Below, piece after piece: positions 35,704 through 45,355 of a DNA stretch of 64,000 bases (position 1 is the stretch's first letter; every line of letters starts with the position of its first letter). The DNA is from an uncultured bacterium (GTDB taxonomy: Bacteria; Patescibacteriota; Minisyncoccia; Phycocordibacterales; DATDWN01). The position numbers and the translations under genes are program-made. The notes below the pieces were generated by a model. It had not been told where the DNA came from and did no database searches. It was given only the letters and a program-made list of their open reading frames with translations. The stretch is taken from the NCBI GenBank assembly GCA_903861205.1, contig CAIOTC010000022.1:25-64024 (forward strand), given 5' to 3'.

Positions 35704-36366
35704 TTACTTCTGATGATTGCGACGGGTTTTGAAAGCCATCGCATAGCGGATCTGGAGTTGAGGCGCGCCTTGTGGCATGCGCTGAAGCCAAAATTCCAAA
35801 TCGCCGTACCGTCCGCCTTTGAGGGTAACCGAGGCAAAGGGTTTGTGTTCCCATTTGGCTTCGCCGAACTGGTATGCGCCGTAGCCACCACCGAGCTTCC
35901 ATCGCCTGAACTCGTACTCCACCTTGGACCTCTCCAGAACATGCTGGATGCGTCCGGATTTGTTGAGTGGCAAGTAGGGGAAGTAGCAGGTCTCGCTCGC
36001 AATCTTGGGCGTCACTTTCCAGATAACCAGTGTCCAAGGAATAAAGTATGTTGCATTCCCTGAAGCTGTGCCGATTGCCTGTTCGATGTAGCCTTCCTCG
36101 ATAACGACGAACCGCTTAGAAGCGTGCAGGATTGCACCGCCGCCGATGCCAATCTCCCGGTAGTTGTTCTTACCGAAGTCGATGTAAAGCACATCGGGGT
36201 AGATCCAGCGGCCGCGGGTCTGATAGACCTCGGCATAGTGGTAGGTCGCTGTGTTCCTTGTGCCCATGCGAGCCATCACCGAAGTTTCGATCTCCTGCGC
36301 GTTGAGCGAAGAAAGACCGGCGAATAAGGCAAACATCACTATAATCGTTCTCATAATTCCTCTCAA
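35704..36366 (-). CDS. Exported beta-rich protein with a Gram-negative-style signal peptide, inside a GC-rich island
   Basis: MRTIIVMFALFAGLSSLNAQE signal peptide, then an aromatic-rich alternating pattern. GC is far above the window average. Confidence 0.4.
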   Translation of the reverse strand: MRGIMRTIIVMFALFAGLSSLNAQEIETSVMARMGTRNTATYHYAEVYQTRGRWIYPDVLYIDFGKNNYREIGIGGGAILHASKRFVVIEEGYIEQAIGTASGNATYFIPWTLVIWKVTPKIASETCYFPYLPLNKSGRIQHVLERSKVEYEFRRWKLGGGYGAYQFGEAKWEHKPFASVTLKGGRYGDLEFWLQRMPQGAPQLQIRYAMAFKTRRNHQK

Positions 36367-37001
36367 AGAACTTGAATTTTACTCCTGTGTAACGTTGTTT
36401 CTGTACTTTTCCAGTTCTCTATTATACACCCATTACAATCACTTGTCAAGTATTTTCGGGGAGAATTTTTAGCTTATTTTGAGCCCAAATTAGCCTTTTG
36501 TGATTGCCCCCACCGCAGAAAACTTTTGCAAAATTTTCTCTGGTAGAAGTCCCTGCTTAGCAGGGACTGGCTCGTCGCCTCGGCGGATTTTTCTCGGATT
36601 CTTCCAGCTTAATTCGATCTTGTGCCGCCAGAGTCGCTCCGACTGACACCGACAAACTAAAGCCGTGTTTTTTGAGAAACTCGACACAGCCGTCGTAGTT
36701 GCCATTTGAAGCTATCAAGTATGCTTTGGCAACCATGAGCGGCACACGGCCGGGATTTCTTTGAACTCTCAATGCTAAAGAAAGTTTCTGATGAGACATT
36801 GGATCTCCTTTCGCCGTTTTCCGCCCGGCAGGCGTATTTTAAAGAACTTTGGGATTTCTCCCTTCAAAACATTCTCACTGAAAATGTTTTGAAGGGAGCT
36901 CAATCGAAGACCGATTGAGCGACTCGTTTTTAGCAACTGGTGAGCATCATCCAGTATCAACACGAATTTAAAGTCCTCATGTCTCCCGGACCGACCTCCT
37001 T

Positions 37002-37289
37002 TCAGCTGGTCAGGCTGTCACGCCTCTTCCGTCGAGGAATGAAGAATTCAACCACCATGAATGCCGCAAAAACTGCGCAGCACCCGCCGAGCATCCAAGC
37101 TGACTTGGCAATCGGCGCCGGCAAATGGTTGAATCTGGCCGCGTGGAAGAAAATCCCCGCCGTGGCCGCCTGAAGCACGAACATGAAAAAGCAGAGAATC
37201 TTCTTGAACACGTTCGTCTCCATCACCCCGATGACCGCCAAGATAAATTCAACGATGTAATACAACACCCACTCAAAGAACGATCCCAT
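37002..37289 (-). CDS. Small polytopic membrane protein (95 aa) preceded by a long structured leader
   Basis: Two or three TM helices. RBS gggagga lies 5 nt upstream and sits inside a hairpin. Confidence 0.45.
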   Translation of the reverse strand: MGSFFEWVLYYIVEFILAVIGVMETNVFKKILCFFMFVLQAATAGIFFHAARFNHLPAPIAKSAWMLGGCCAVFAAFMVVEFFIPRRKRRDSLTS

Positions 37290-37880
37290 AAATTCCTCCC
37301 GTTTGGGAAATGAAGGTGGGATTTTTCATTTCTCAAACGGAAGCCCGAGAAAATTCTCGGGCGGTTGTGCGTCTTTCCGACGCGGTGAATTGCAAAAGAA
37401 CTGTGTGCAGTGGGAGTCTTGGTTTGGCAACCTTGACTCCCTGGGTGCCAACCCACTCTCGCTCTTGTTGGTCCGCATTCTCCCGCCCGAATCACTCGGT
37501 ACCAGGTGCGGTATCTTCCTATCTGAACTACTCTTATAACCTCGGCGAAAGCCGGGCGAGCAGACAGAATTGCTAGGTTGATAGCTGAGCGATCAAGCCC
37601 CTGCCGTAATGTATCTCTGCACAGATACACGACTAATTTCAAAATTTTGGGAGCGAAACTGGCCCGCCGGCCTCGTGTGGGGTGGCACGGGGCATACGCC
37701 CGCACCACGAAAATCCCACGGCGGTGGGTGGTCTTGGTAGACCGCCACACGATGTTTCGCTCCCACTTAGGGGTCCCTCGCAACTCAAATTCGTGCGAAC
37801 CGGACCGCCTGAGCGGAAGCAAAACTGTCAGACGTTTAAAACATTTCAATATTTGATTCTGGGATAAGCATACACCCATC
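37290..37880 (-). ncRNA. Candidate structured 5' leader or non-coding RNA. It is ORF-poor and GC-rich. It contains a pseudoknot-capable segment and a hairpin that sequesters the RBS. The class is not identified.
   Basis: On the minus strand just 5' of the start codon: ccgtttgagaaatgaa-aaatcccacc-ttcatttcccaaacgg, whose 3' arm continues into GGGAGGA-attt-ATG. At plus 37405-37460, GGGAGTC..TTGGCA..GACTCCC..TGCCAA are interleaved complementary pairs. There is long-range pairing GGGAGCGAAAC...GUUUCGCUCCC around 37640-37760. Confidence 0.35.
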
Positions 37881-38149
37881 CATATTTTTTGTCAAGAACT
37901 TTTGACACTTTATACAAAATACTTTTTCTGACACAAAAAATATGGCCTAATATATGGCCATTTTTGAACGCAAAACAAAATGAGATTAATTTTGATCACT
38001 GACAGAACATGTTTTTCAAGAAAAGTTTTTGTGAAAAATTTTCTAAATTTTATCAAAAAATAGTGTTTTTGCGAAAAAACACTATTTTTTACTACAATAT
38101 GGCTAGAAATATGATTTTATTGTAAATTTGATACGAAAATGACAAAAAC

Positions 38150-38520
38150 ACTTGACATTTTAATTCGAGTTTGCTAAGCTTGTTCGCGGAGGTGATCAAT
38201 GGAGGACTAGAGAAGCGGAGTGCTGCTTCCTAGTGAAATCCATTGTCACTAGGAAGCAGCATTTTGCGGATCAAAATCCGTCACCTCTGTAGTTAACAAT
38301 TAAAGACAGTCGGCCCACCTCGTTCGCCTTAACTTCGTTTCGATTTAGGTGGTGCCCGAAAAAAGGTGCGAAATGCAAGATTGACGCTGGAGAAACAGCC
38401 GGCCGGAATCCCGGTCGACCAGTGACTCCTAATTTGTTCGCAAGCTGGGTCGTAGGGCGTTCAACGTTCCACGTATTCAGCAAAAAAGGCCCCGCTCATC
38501 GGGGCCTTTCTCAATTTCAA
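38150..38520 (+). ncRNA. Candidate small RNA locus: a promoter-like TTGACA-17-TAAGCT, a 16 bp perfect hairpin, a 3-codon uORF with a perfect Shine-Dalgarno sequence, and a terminal hairpin
   Basis: cacttgacattttaattcgagtttgctaagctt; ggaggtgatcaATGgaggacTAG; tgctgcttcctagtga-N13-tcactaggaagcagca. It ends at the hairpin ggccccgctcatcggggcc. Confidence 0.25.
38482..38510 (-). terminator. Rho-independent terminator of the TrmB-like gene (reads on the minus strand as ggccccgatgagcggggcc + ttttttg)
   Basis: GC-rich stem followed by a T-run on the minus strand. Confidence 0.65.
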
Positions 38521-38523
38521 AAA

Positions 38524-39273
38524 TTATTTCTTATAATTGTCAAAAATGACCTTAAACAAACTTTTCATTGTTTCTGCCACATCTTCACTTTGAATTGAAA
38601 TACTTGAAAATCTTTTGTTAAGCACACTTATGCGCACTTTATCTTTATAAATAGCGATATCACAGGTAAGTGGGTATTTCTTGCCATCAATTTTATATCT
38701 CTCACTCATATCATCCGACGGAATTTCTCCATTTTCAAACGTATATAAAGCTTTAGATTTAACTTTTTTATTCAATCTCCTTTGTTTGAATTGACTCCTT
38801 TCATCAAGAGGAAATAATTTGTCTAGCAAATCCCTTGGATAGATAAGGTATATTGGCTCTTCTGTATTGGTATCGTTTTCGAAAATACCGTTGACCGCAC
38901 TGACAATTCCTTCCTTGCCGTCATAATATTTGACCACCGGTCGCTCACCGGAACCACGTTCGATGCCTTTGATTTGGGGAATAATATCTTTCAAACGCTT
39001 GCTATTTTCATCCAAAACAAGCTTTTGACGTTCAACAAAAGTCTCCAGTCTCTCCGGTGGTTCGGCTTGGTAGTGAGTTTTCTTGCCGACAGTCGTTTCT
39101 GACACCAGACCTTTTTTGGAGAGAGATTCCAAAACCACGTAGACGGTTGGCCGTTTCAGCTTTGTTTTCTTGGCTAAATCAAGAACCGAGGCGTTATCCA
39201 CCTGAACCAGAGCCAAATATACTGTAGATTCCTTGTCAGTTAAACCTATGTTTTGCAAATATTTTTCAAGCAT
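38524..39273 (-). CDS. TrmB family transcriptional regulator
   Basis: N-terminal winged HTH: IGLTDKESTVYLALVQVDNASVLDLAKKTKLKRPTVYVVLESLSKKGLV. Confidence 0.7.
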   Translation of the reverse strand: MLEKYLQNIGLTDKESTVYLALVQVDNASVLDLAKKTKLKRPTVYVVLESLSKKGLVSETTVGKKTHYQAEPPERLETFVERQKLVLDENSKRLKDIIPQIKGIERGSGERPVVKYYDGKEGIVSAVNGIFENDTNTEEPIYLIYPRDLLDKLFPLDERSQFKQRRLNKKVKSKALYTFENGEIPSDDMSERYKIDGKKYPLTCDIAIYKDKVRISVLNKRFSSISIQSEDVAETMKSLFKVIFDNYKK

Positions 39274-39353
39274 AGTAATTAATGGTTATTTTTGACTATT
39301 ATACCACATAAACCTTGAACTTGCGTAAAATATGCTTTTGTGATAACATATTG

Positions 39354-39623
39354 CCAATGCTTACAAAAACCAAAAAATTGAAAATAGTCAAAGATGTCCA
39401 GGTTCACGAGACAGATACCGGCTCTCCGGAGGTGCAAATCGCCATTATTTCTCGCCGAATTGACGAGTTGGCTTCACATTTGAAGAAAAACCCAAAGGAT
39501 AACCACTCCCGACGCGGACTCCTGCAAATGGTGGCTGATCGCAAGACTCACATGAAATATTTGGAAAAGAAATCTCCAAAGCGTTTCAACGCGCTGAACA
39601 AAAAGCTCGGATTGAAGAAATAA
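39354..39623 (+). CDS. rpsO: 30S ribosomal protein S15. Start placed at MLTKTKK.
   Basis: TGSPEVQIAIISRRIDELASHLKKNPKDNHSRRGLLQMV. Confidence 0.85.
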   Translation, partial: PMLTKTKKLKIVKDVQVHETDTGSPEVQIAIISRRIDELASHLKKNPKDNHSRRGLLQMVADRKTHMKYLEKKSPKRFNALNKKLGLKK

Positions 39624-39630
39624 TCCAGAA

Positions 39631-39654
39631 GTCACCCGCTCGGGTGATTTTGTT
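39631..39654 (+). terminator. Rho-independent terminator after rpsO
   Basis: gtcacccgctcgggtgattttgtt. Confidence 0.65.
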
Positions 39655-39739
39655 AATGTGAAAGCTTTTTTATTTATTTTTGGTATACTTAATATTAGAA
39701 GTATTTTTTAATAATTGAAGAAATAATTTTTTTAATACA

Positions 39740-40312
39740 ATGAGTGTAATCAAACACAAGAATCAAAGGGTTGGAATTTTTATTGATACGCAGAATCTGT
39801 ATCACACGGCCAAAAATATTTATGGGGCAAAGGTAAACTTTGACCAGGTAGTCAAAGATGGTTTGGCCGGACGGTCGCTGACGCGCGCAGTGGCTTATGT
39901 CATCACCACCGAGAGCGGCGAGGAAAAAGGCTTTTTCGAAGCGCTTGAGAAAATGGGCATTGAAACCAAAACTAAAAATTTGCAGATTTTTTCCGGCGGG
40001 GCCAAGAAAGGTGACTGGGATGTCGGCATGGCTGTCGACACCATCAAACTAATGCCGAAGCTGGACACGGTTATTTTGGTCACCGGCGACGGAGATTTTG
40101 TGCCGCTGGTGGAATATTTGAAAAACGGCGGATGCCAAGTGGAAGTGATGTCTTTTGGACGATCAAGTTCGGCCAAGTTGGTGGAAATTGCCGACGATTT
40201 TGTTGATCTCGATGAAAATCCGCGCAAATATCTGATCGGCTATCGAGGCGGAAGCAATCGTTACATCAGAAAACCACGAACGGAACCGGATCAGGAAAAA
40301 CCGGCGTACTAG
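39740..40312 (+). CDS. NYN domain (LabA-like) putative ribonuclease
   Basis: RVGIFIDTQNLYH...VILVTGDGDFVPLVEYLKNGGCQVEVMSFG. Confidence 0.75.
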   Translation: MSVIKHKNQRVGIFIDTQNLYHTAKNIYGAKVNFDQVVKDGLAGRSLTRAVAYVITTESGEEKGFFEALEKMGIETKTKNLQIFSGGAKKGDWDVGMAVDTIKLMPKLDTVILVTGDGDFVPLVEYLKNGGCQVEVMSFGRSSSAKLVEIADDFVDLDENPRKYLIGYRGGSNRYIRKPRTEPDQEKPAY

Positions 40313-40328
40313 AATTTTGTCTTTGCAT

Positions 40329-40368
40329 TATTCGTAGCCATTCGTAGACCTATTCGTTATTTCGTATA
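40329..40368. promoter_or_regulatory. ATTCGTA motif array upstream of the membrane protein gene at 40379
   Basis: attcgtagccattcgtagacctattcgttatttcgtat. Confidence 0.4.
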
Positions 40369-40378
40369 TTTGTAATTT

Positions 40379-41455
40379 ATGGAAGAAAACTTGCAACAAA
40401 ATGTGGAAAATATGTTGAAAGCCGAGGCGAAAAAATCGGAACAAGTTCCGTATGATTCTCCGCTTAAACCGCTTCGCACATACCAGGGCGACGTGGACCA
40501 AATCATCGGCAAAAATAAAGTGTCGATGGTTACCGTAGCGGTAGCGGAACAAAAAAAGAAATATGACGAGCCGGCCAAAGCCGAGCCAATTCCGGTTGCG
40601 CCAAAAATGACAAAAACAGTACCGGAAAAAGAAGTTAAAACCGAGACACCGGCAACAGCGCCTGCGCCGACACCAGTTCCGAAGCCCACACCAACCCCAA
40701 CAGAAACAGCCACTTCTTCATTTTACAAGGAACTTGCCAGAGAGGAAGCTTCGGCCGACGACATGCAAATAAAAAGTAAGTTTTCCAAAGTAATCGGTAT
40801 TATTCTGGTTGTTTTCGGTATCGTGGTTGTCGGTTTGGTTTATTACATGATCAGCTCCCAAAATACCGCGCAGGTAGCCGAGCAGAAAAGCACTTTGATC
40901 AGCTACACCCAGGAATTTGATACGCCGATTGCCGGAACAAACAGAAGCGCTCTGGTCAAAACAATTGTCGCCCAAAAAAACGGGTTTAGTTTACCGGCCA
41001 ATTCGATACTATATATAAACATGGCAAATGCCAGCACGACGGCGAGCGCGGCCGACGCTTTCAAACTGCTTGCTCCGAACATGCCGGCGCCAATTTCGCG
41101 AAATTTGAAAAAAGACTACATGGTTGGCGTTTATTCATTCGACACGAACGAGCCATTCATCATATTTACGACCGATGACTACGGCGTCAGCTACTCCGGA
41201 ATGCTGGAATGGGAAGGAAAAATGACCTCCGATATCGGGCCGGTTTTTGGCATGGCTCAAGCCAGCACGACCATGGCCTACACATGGAAGGACGAGGCCA
41301 TTCGCAACAAAGATTTGCGCATCGTTCAGGACGGAGCCGGAAAAACTATTTTGCTGTATTCATTTTTGGACAAAAACACCATTTTGATTACAACCAGCGA
41401 AAAAATATTCAACGCCATTTTGGGCAAGTATATGACGAGTAAAATGGTGAGGTAG
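40379..41455 (+). CDS. Bitopic membrane protein: cytoplasmic N-domain, Pro/Thr-rich linker, one TM helix, extracytoplasmic C-domain
   Basis: 358 aa. TM IGIILVVFGIVVVGLVYYMI. No family assigned. Confidence 0.5.
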   Translation: MEENLQQNVENMLKAEAKKSEQVPYDSPLKPLRTYQGDVDQIIGKNKVSMVTVAVAEQKKKYDEPAKAEPIPVAPKMTKTVPEKEVKTETPATAPAPTPVPKPTPTPTETATSSFYKELAREEASADDMQIKSKFSKVIGIILVVFGIVVVGLVYYMISSQNTAQVAEQKSTLISYTQEFDTPIAGTNRSALVKTIVAQKNGFSLPANSILYINMANASTTASAADAFKLLAPNMPAPISRNLKKDYMVGVYSFDTNEPFIIFTTDDYGVSYSGMLEWEGKMTSDIGPVFGMAQASTTMAYTWKDEAIRNKDLRIVQDGAGKTILLYSFLDKNTILITTSEKIFNAILGKYMTSKMVR

Positions 41456-41492
41456 TTGCTTAGGCGATTATTTATGATACTATAATTGAACT

Positions 41493-41843
41493 ATGAAAAA
41501 TCTGGAACACTACAAAGAAATGCTCGAGGCGGAGGCCAAAAACCTCGAAAAAGAGCTTTTGACCGTTGGGCGAAAAAATCCTGACGCCAAGGGCGATTGG
41601 GAGGCGACTGAAAAAATGGATATTGATCCGGCTGACGAGGACGAAGTGGCCGACAGCATCGAGGAATTCGAGAACAACAAGGGCATTTTGAACCAGCTAG
41701 AAATCAGATTGAAGGAAGTGAATGAAGCGCTGGAAAAAATAAAAAACGGAACATACGGAGTATGCGAAATTTCCGGCGAACCAATAGAGGAGGATAGACT
41801 GGAAGCCAACCCAGCGGCCAAAACTTGTAAACTACATATGTAA
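41493..41843 (+). CDS. DksA/TraR family C4-type zinc-finger protein
   Basis: Coiled-coil N-terminus, then GTYGVCEISGEPIEEDRLEANPAAKTC. Confidence 0.7.
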   Translation: MKNLEHYKEMLEAEAKNLEKELLTVGRKNPDAKGDWEATEKMDIDPADEDEVADSIEEFENNKGILNQLEIRLKEVNEALEKIKNGTYGVCEISGEPIEEDRLEANPAAKTCKLHM

Positions 41844-41866
41844 TTAAAAAATAATTTACACACAGG

Positions 41867-43972
41867 ATGACTAAAAAAGAATTTGCGGTGGATTTCGGAG
41901 GGAGAGAATTGAAGGTGGGGTTCAATGATATGGTGGACCAGGCGCATGGATCGTGCTTGGTTCATTATGGCGACACTGTTGTGCTAGCGACAGCAGTCAT
42001 GTCCAAGGAGGCAAAAGATAACGCCGATTTTTTTCCGCTGACGGTTGATTTTGAGGAAAAATTTTACGCGACCGGCAAAATTCTCGGCTCGCGTTTCCAA
42101 AAAAGGGAAGGCAGGCCGACTGACGAGGCGATACTGTCCGGCCGAATCGTCGACCGCACCATTCGTCCGCTTTTTGATCAGTGGATTCGTCACGACATCC
42201 AGGTGGTAGTGACCGTGCTTTCCATTGGCGAGGACGACCCGGATATTTTGGCCGTGCTTGGCGCTTCTATCGCCATCGGCACGTCGCAAATTCCGTGGAA
42301 CGGGCCGGTTTCGGCCGTGCGAATTGGTAAAAACGGCGAATTCAGCACGAACCCGACATACACCCAGAGGAACACCGACAATTACGAAATGGATTTGCTC
42401 GTTTGCGGAAAGGACGACAAAATAAACATGATAGAAATCGGTTCGAACGAAATTTCCGAGGAAGAAATTTTGACCGGTATGGAAATGGCCAAAAATGAGC
42501 TGGCCAAGCTGCAAAAATTCCAGGAAAAAATAATTTCGGAAATCGGAAAAGAAAAAGTCAAAATTGCCAAGCCGGAAATTTCCGACGCCACCAAAAAATT
42601 GTTTGAAGAAAAAATCGCTCCTATTTTCATGCAAAAAGTTTTTTCGGGGAATGTCGGAAAAGAAGATTTGTCAGAGCTTGTCGTCGGCTGGAATAAAGAG
42701 ATCGAAGCAATTGAGGACGACAAAGAAAGAAATTTGGCCAAAGATTATATCCAGGAAAAAATCGATGAGATTATTCACGAGGAAGCCATCAAAAACAAGA
42801 AACGACCGGACAACAGAAAAGTGGACGAGTTGCGACCGCTGTTTGCCAAAGTTGGCGGTCTGTCAAAAATTCTGCACGGCACCGGATTGTTTTATCGCGG
42901 AGGAACGCACGTTTTGTCGGTACTGACACTCGGCGCGCCCGGCGATGCACAGCTGATCGACACCATGGAAACGCAGGAGGGAAGCAAGCGATTTATGCTC
43001 CACTATAATTTTCCGCCATATTCTGTCGGCGAAGTCGGCCGAATGGGTGGAACGAACCGCCGAATGGTTGGCCACGGCGCTTTGGCCGAAAAAGCCCTGG
43101 TCCCAGTTTTGCCAAAGAAAGAAGTTTTTCCTTACACAATCCGACTGGTGGCCGAATCAATGGCGTCCAACGGCTCGACATCGATGGCTTCGGTCTGCGC
43201 CGGAACGCTGGCGCTGATGGATGGAGGTGTGCCGATCACTCGGCCGGTTGCCGGAATAGCTAGCGGTCTCATGATGAAAGATGACAAAAATTTCGTGGTA
43301 CTGACGGACATTCAAGGACCGGAGGACCATCATGGCGACATGGATTTCAAAGTGGCAGGAACGACGGTTGGTGTGACCGCGGTACAAATGGACGTCAAGG
43401 TGGCCGGTATTCCGCTGCACATTTTGAAGGAAGCGTTTGAAAAAGCTAAAGCCGCCCGATTGCAAATTTTGAAAGTGATGACGGACGAAATTGCTGCTCC
43501 GCGAGAAAACATTTCCGAATTCGCTCCGCATATTGTTTCCATGAAAATAAAACCAGACCAAATCGGCATGGTTATCGGCACCGGCGGAAAAACAATCAAA
43601 GAAATCAAAGAAAAAACCGGCGCAGAAATTGACATTGACGATGACGGCACGGTTTACATCACCGGCAAAAAAGAAGCTTGCGAGGAAACGCAGAGAATCA
43701 TCGGCATCATCACCTGGGAGGCAAATGTAGGAGACCGATTCCGCGGGGAAGTGGTCAAAATCACCGAGTTCGGGGCCTTTGTTAAAATCAACGGCGGATC
43801 AGAAGGTTTGTTGCACATTTCCGAAATTTGTCCGCAACGACTCAAAACCGTTGACGAGAAACTGCATGTTGGCGACATCGTCCCGGTGGTAGTCAAAGAA
43901 GTTGACGACCGCGGAAGATTAAAACTATCTATCAAAGAAATCGACCCAGAGTGGTTTGATAAAGTGAAGTAA
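41867..43972 (+). CDS. pnp: Polyribonucleotide nucleotidyltransferase (PNPase)
   Basis: 701 aa with two RNase PH domains, KH (IGMVIGTGGKTIKEI) and S1 domains. Confidence 0.9.
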   Translation: MTKKEFAVDFGGRELKVGFNDMVDQAHGSCLVHYGDTVVLATAVMSKEAKDNADFFPLTVDFEEKFYATGKILGSRFQKREGRPTDEAILSGRIVDRTIRPLFDQWIRHDIQVVVTVLSIGEDDPDILAVLGASIAIGTSQIPWNGPVSAVRIGKNGEFSTNPTYTQRNTDNYEMDLLVCGKDDKINMIEIGSNEISEEEILTGMEMAKNELAKLQKFQEKIISEIGKEKVKIAKPEISDATKKLFEEKIAPIFMQKVFSGNVGKEDLSELVVGWNKEIEAIEDDKERNLAKDYIQEKIDEIIHEEAIKNKKRPDNRKVDELRPLFAKVGGLSKILHGTGLFYRGGTHVLSVLTLGAPGDAQLIDTMETQEGSKRFMLHYNFPPYSVGEVGRMGGTNRRMVGHGALAEKALVPVLPKKEVFPYTIRLVAESMASNGSTSMASVCAGTLALMDGGVPITRPVAGIASGLMMKDDKNFVVLTDIQGPEDHHGDMDFKVAGTTVGVTAVQMDVKVAGIPLHILKEAFEKAKAARLQILKVMTDEIAAPRENISEFAPHIVSMKIKPDQIGMVIGTGGKTIKEIKEKTGAEIDIDDDGTVYITGKKEACEETQRIIGIITWEANVGDRFRGEVVKITEFGAFVKINGGSEGLLHISEICPQRLKTVDEKLHVGDIVPVVVKEVDDRGRLKLSIKEIDPEWFDKVK

Positions 43973-43987
43973 AACTTCTATAAAAAG

Positions 43988-44011
43988 AACGCGCCCACTC
44001 GGCGCGTTTTT
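43988..44011. terminator. Hairpin terminator between pnp and the convergent phosphatase gene
   Basis: aacgcgcccactcggcgcgttttt. Confidence 0.55.
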
Positions 44012-44571
44012 CATACCAACGGAACAATCTGGCAATTCTGGTAATGACCTTCTTGCAAAACTTCCAAAAAATGAACTTTTCGGTGAACCGCTTCAAGGGC
44101 CTTCATCACATCACCATGACTAACAACAAGAATTCTCTTGCATGTCGGATAACAGGCCAGTTTTACAAGTTCATAATAAACCGGACTAACCCGGTCAACG
44201 AGTTCATAAAATGTTTCCACCCCATCACCAGACAAAAAATAAACAGAATTCTCGTTCACACGCAAAATTTTTCCTGGAAATTCCGGAATTTTGCTTTCCG
44301 GCTGGTGGGTCATTTTTCCAAAGTTTCTTTCATTCAATTCTCTCATGGCAACAACCCTGTTGACATCAAGAATTCTGGCTACTATTTGGGCGGTAACAAA
44401 CGATCGAATCAGCTGGGAAGAATATATAATTCCTATACCCAAACCGAAACATTTTTTCGCTAAAATCTCAGCCTGTTCTTTGCCGAGTTCACTCAAAGGA
44501 TCGTCGTGTTGCCCGTTGAGCAATTTTTTCGCGTTGTATTCCGTCTGCCCGTGCCTTGCCAAATAAATCAT
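44011..44571 (-). CDS. Histidine phosphatase family protein (phosphoglycerate mutase-like)
   Basis: MIYLARHGQTEYN...LVVSHGDVM. Confidence 0.75.
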   Translation of the reverse strand: MIYLARHGQTEYNAKKLLNGQHDDPLSELGKEQAEILAKKCFGLGIGIIYSSQLIRSFVTAQIVARILDVNRVVAMRELNERNFGKMTHQPESKIPEFPGKILRVNENSVYFLSGDGVETFYELVDRVSPVYYELVKLACYPTCKRILVVSHGDVMKALEAVHRKVHFLEVLQEGHYQNCQIVPLV

Positions 44572-44647
44572 CTTTCACTCCTTCCGTTCATTACATTACA
44601 TTTTTTCAAATAAAAAGCAATATTTTTACAAAAAAACGGCCACCTTT

Positions 44648-45106
44648 TCAGGCGACCTGTGAAATTCTTTCTATTACTTTCTTTGTGGCTTTGTGCGATT
44701 TGAGCCAGCGAAACGTTCCTGCTGGACATTTTGCAAGCTTCATTTGGGAAGCATACGTTTCCATCTTTGGGCAAATCTCGTTGTTTGCCGAGTCAATGCG
44801 CCATGGCAATTTGTCACCCTCTCTTATTTGTCTGAGGTGAATAAAAACAGAACTACCAACCATATCAAATCCCGTTATCAGATACGGTTTGCTTTCAAAG
44901 ACAACAATCCAAGAGAAAGATTCCTCGTAATGAAAGAACGGTAGGATTGGAAAATCCCTAAAATACACAGCACCCTTTTCCAATAATTTACTGTCCACAG
45001 CACTTACTTCCGGCAAAGAATCAATGTCAATATGTCCAGTAAAACCGCTGTTTTCTATTAAATACTCGACAAACTTTCGGATTGAGTTCATACCAAACCT
45101 CCGCAA
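44648..45106 (-). CDS. Hypothetical protein
   Basis: 152 aa ORF with no recognisable motifs. Confidence 0.35.
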   Translation of the reverse strand: MRRFGMNSIRKFVEYLIENSGFTGHIDIDSLPEVSAVDSKLLEKGAVYFRDFPILPFFHYEESFSWIVVFESKPYLITGFDMVGSSVFIHLRQIREGDKLPWRIDSANNEICPKMETYASQMKLAKCPAGTFRWLKSHKATKKVIERISQVA

Positions 45107-45243
45107 TTCAAACTACTCTTTTGACCAAAATTGTCAATGTCTTCATTGAATTCACATAAAAATTGTGATAAATTATTGTTATGCTTGTGGGCACAAGCCC
45201 CTTATCGGCCAAATGATATCATTGAGTTGAAAACAAACATTAC

Positions 45244-45272
45244 AAAAAAACCGCTAAGTAGCGGTTTTTTGT
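45244..45272. terminator. Bidirectional rho-independent terminator
   Basis: aaaaaaaccgctaagtagcggtttttt. Confidence 0.65.
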
Positions 45273-45315
45273 TACCTTAAAATGACATTGTGGTTTCATC
45301 TTTATATTTTTTAAC

Positions 45316-45351
45316 ATTCCATATCTTACGATATATCGTAAGATATGGAAT
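45316..45351. promoter_or_regulatory. 36 bp perfect palindrome attccatatcttacgatatatcgtaagatatggaat, downstream copy of the putative operator
   Basis: It shares the 20 bp core tcttacgatatatcgtaaga with the palindrome at 45748-45771. Confidence 0.5.
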
Positions 45352-45355
45352 TAAA

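Noticed and set aside
35252-36037. 261 aa and 116 aa minus-strand ORFs and a 171 aa plus-strand ORF in the GC-rich island
   Set aside because: They are Arg/Pro-rich, mutually overlapping in different frames and typical of spurious ORFs in GC-rich DNA. Only the exported 220 aa protein (35704..36366) looks protein-like.
37290-37880. Tested the structured GC-rich region for RNase P RNA, tmRNA and SRP RNA identity
   Set aside because: The RNase P universal P4 motifs (GGAAAGUCCGG / ACAGAANCCGGCUUA), the tmRNA tRNA-like ends and the SRP domain IV consensus (GGAAGCAGCC in the correct asymmetric-loop context) are not found on either strand. The region is kept only as an unclassified structured RNA candidate.
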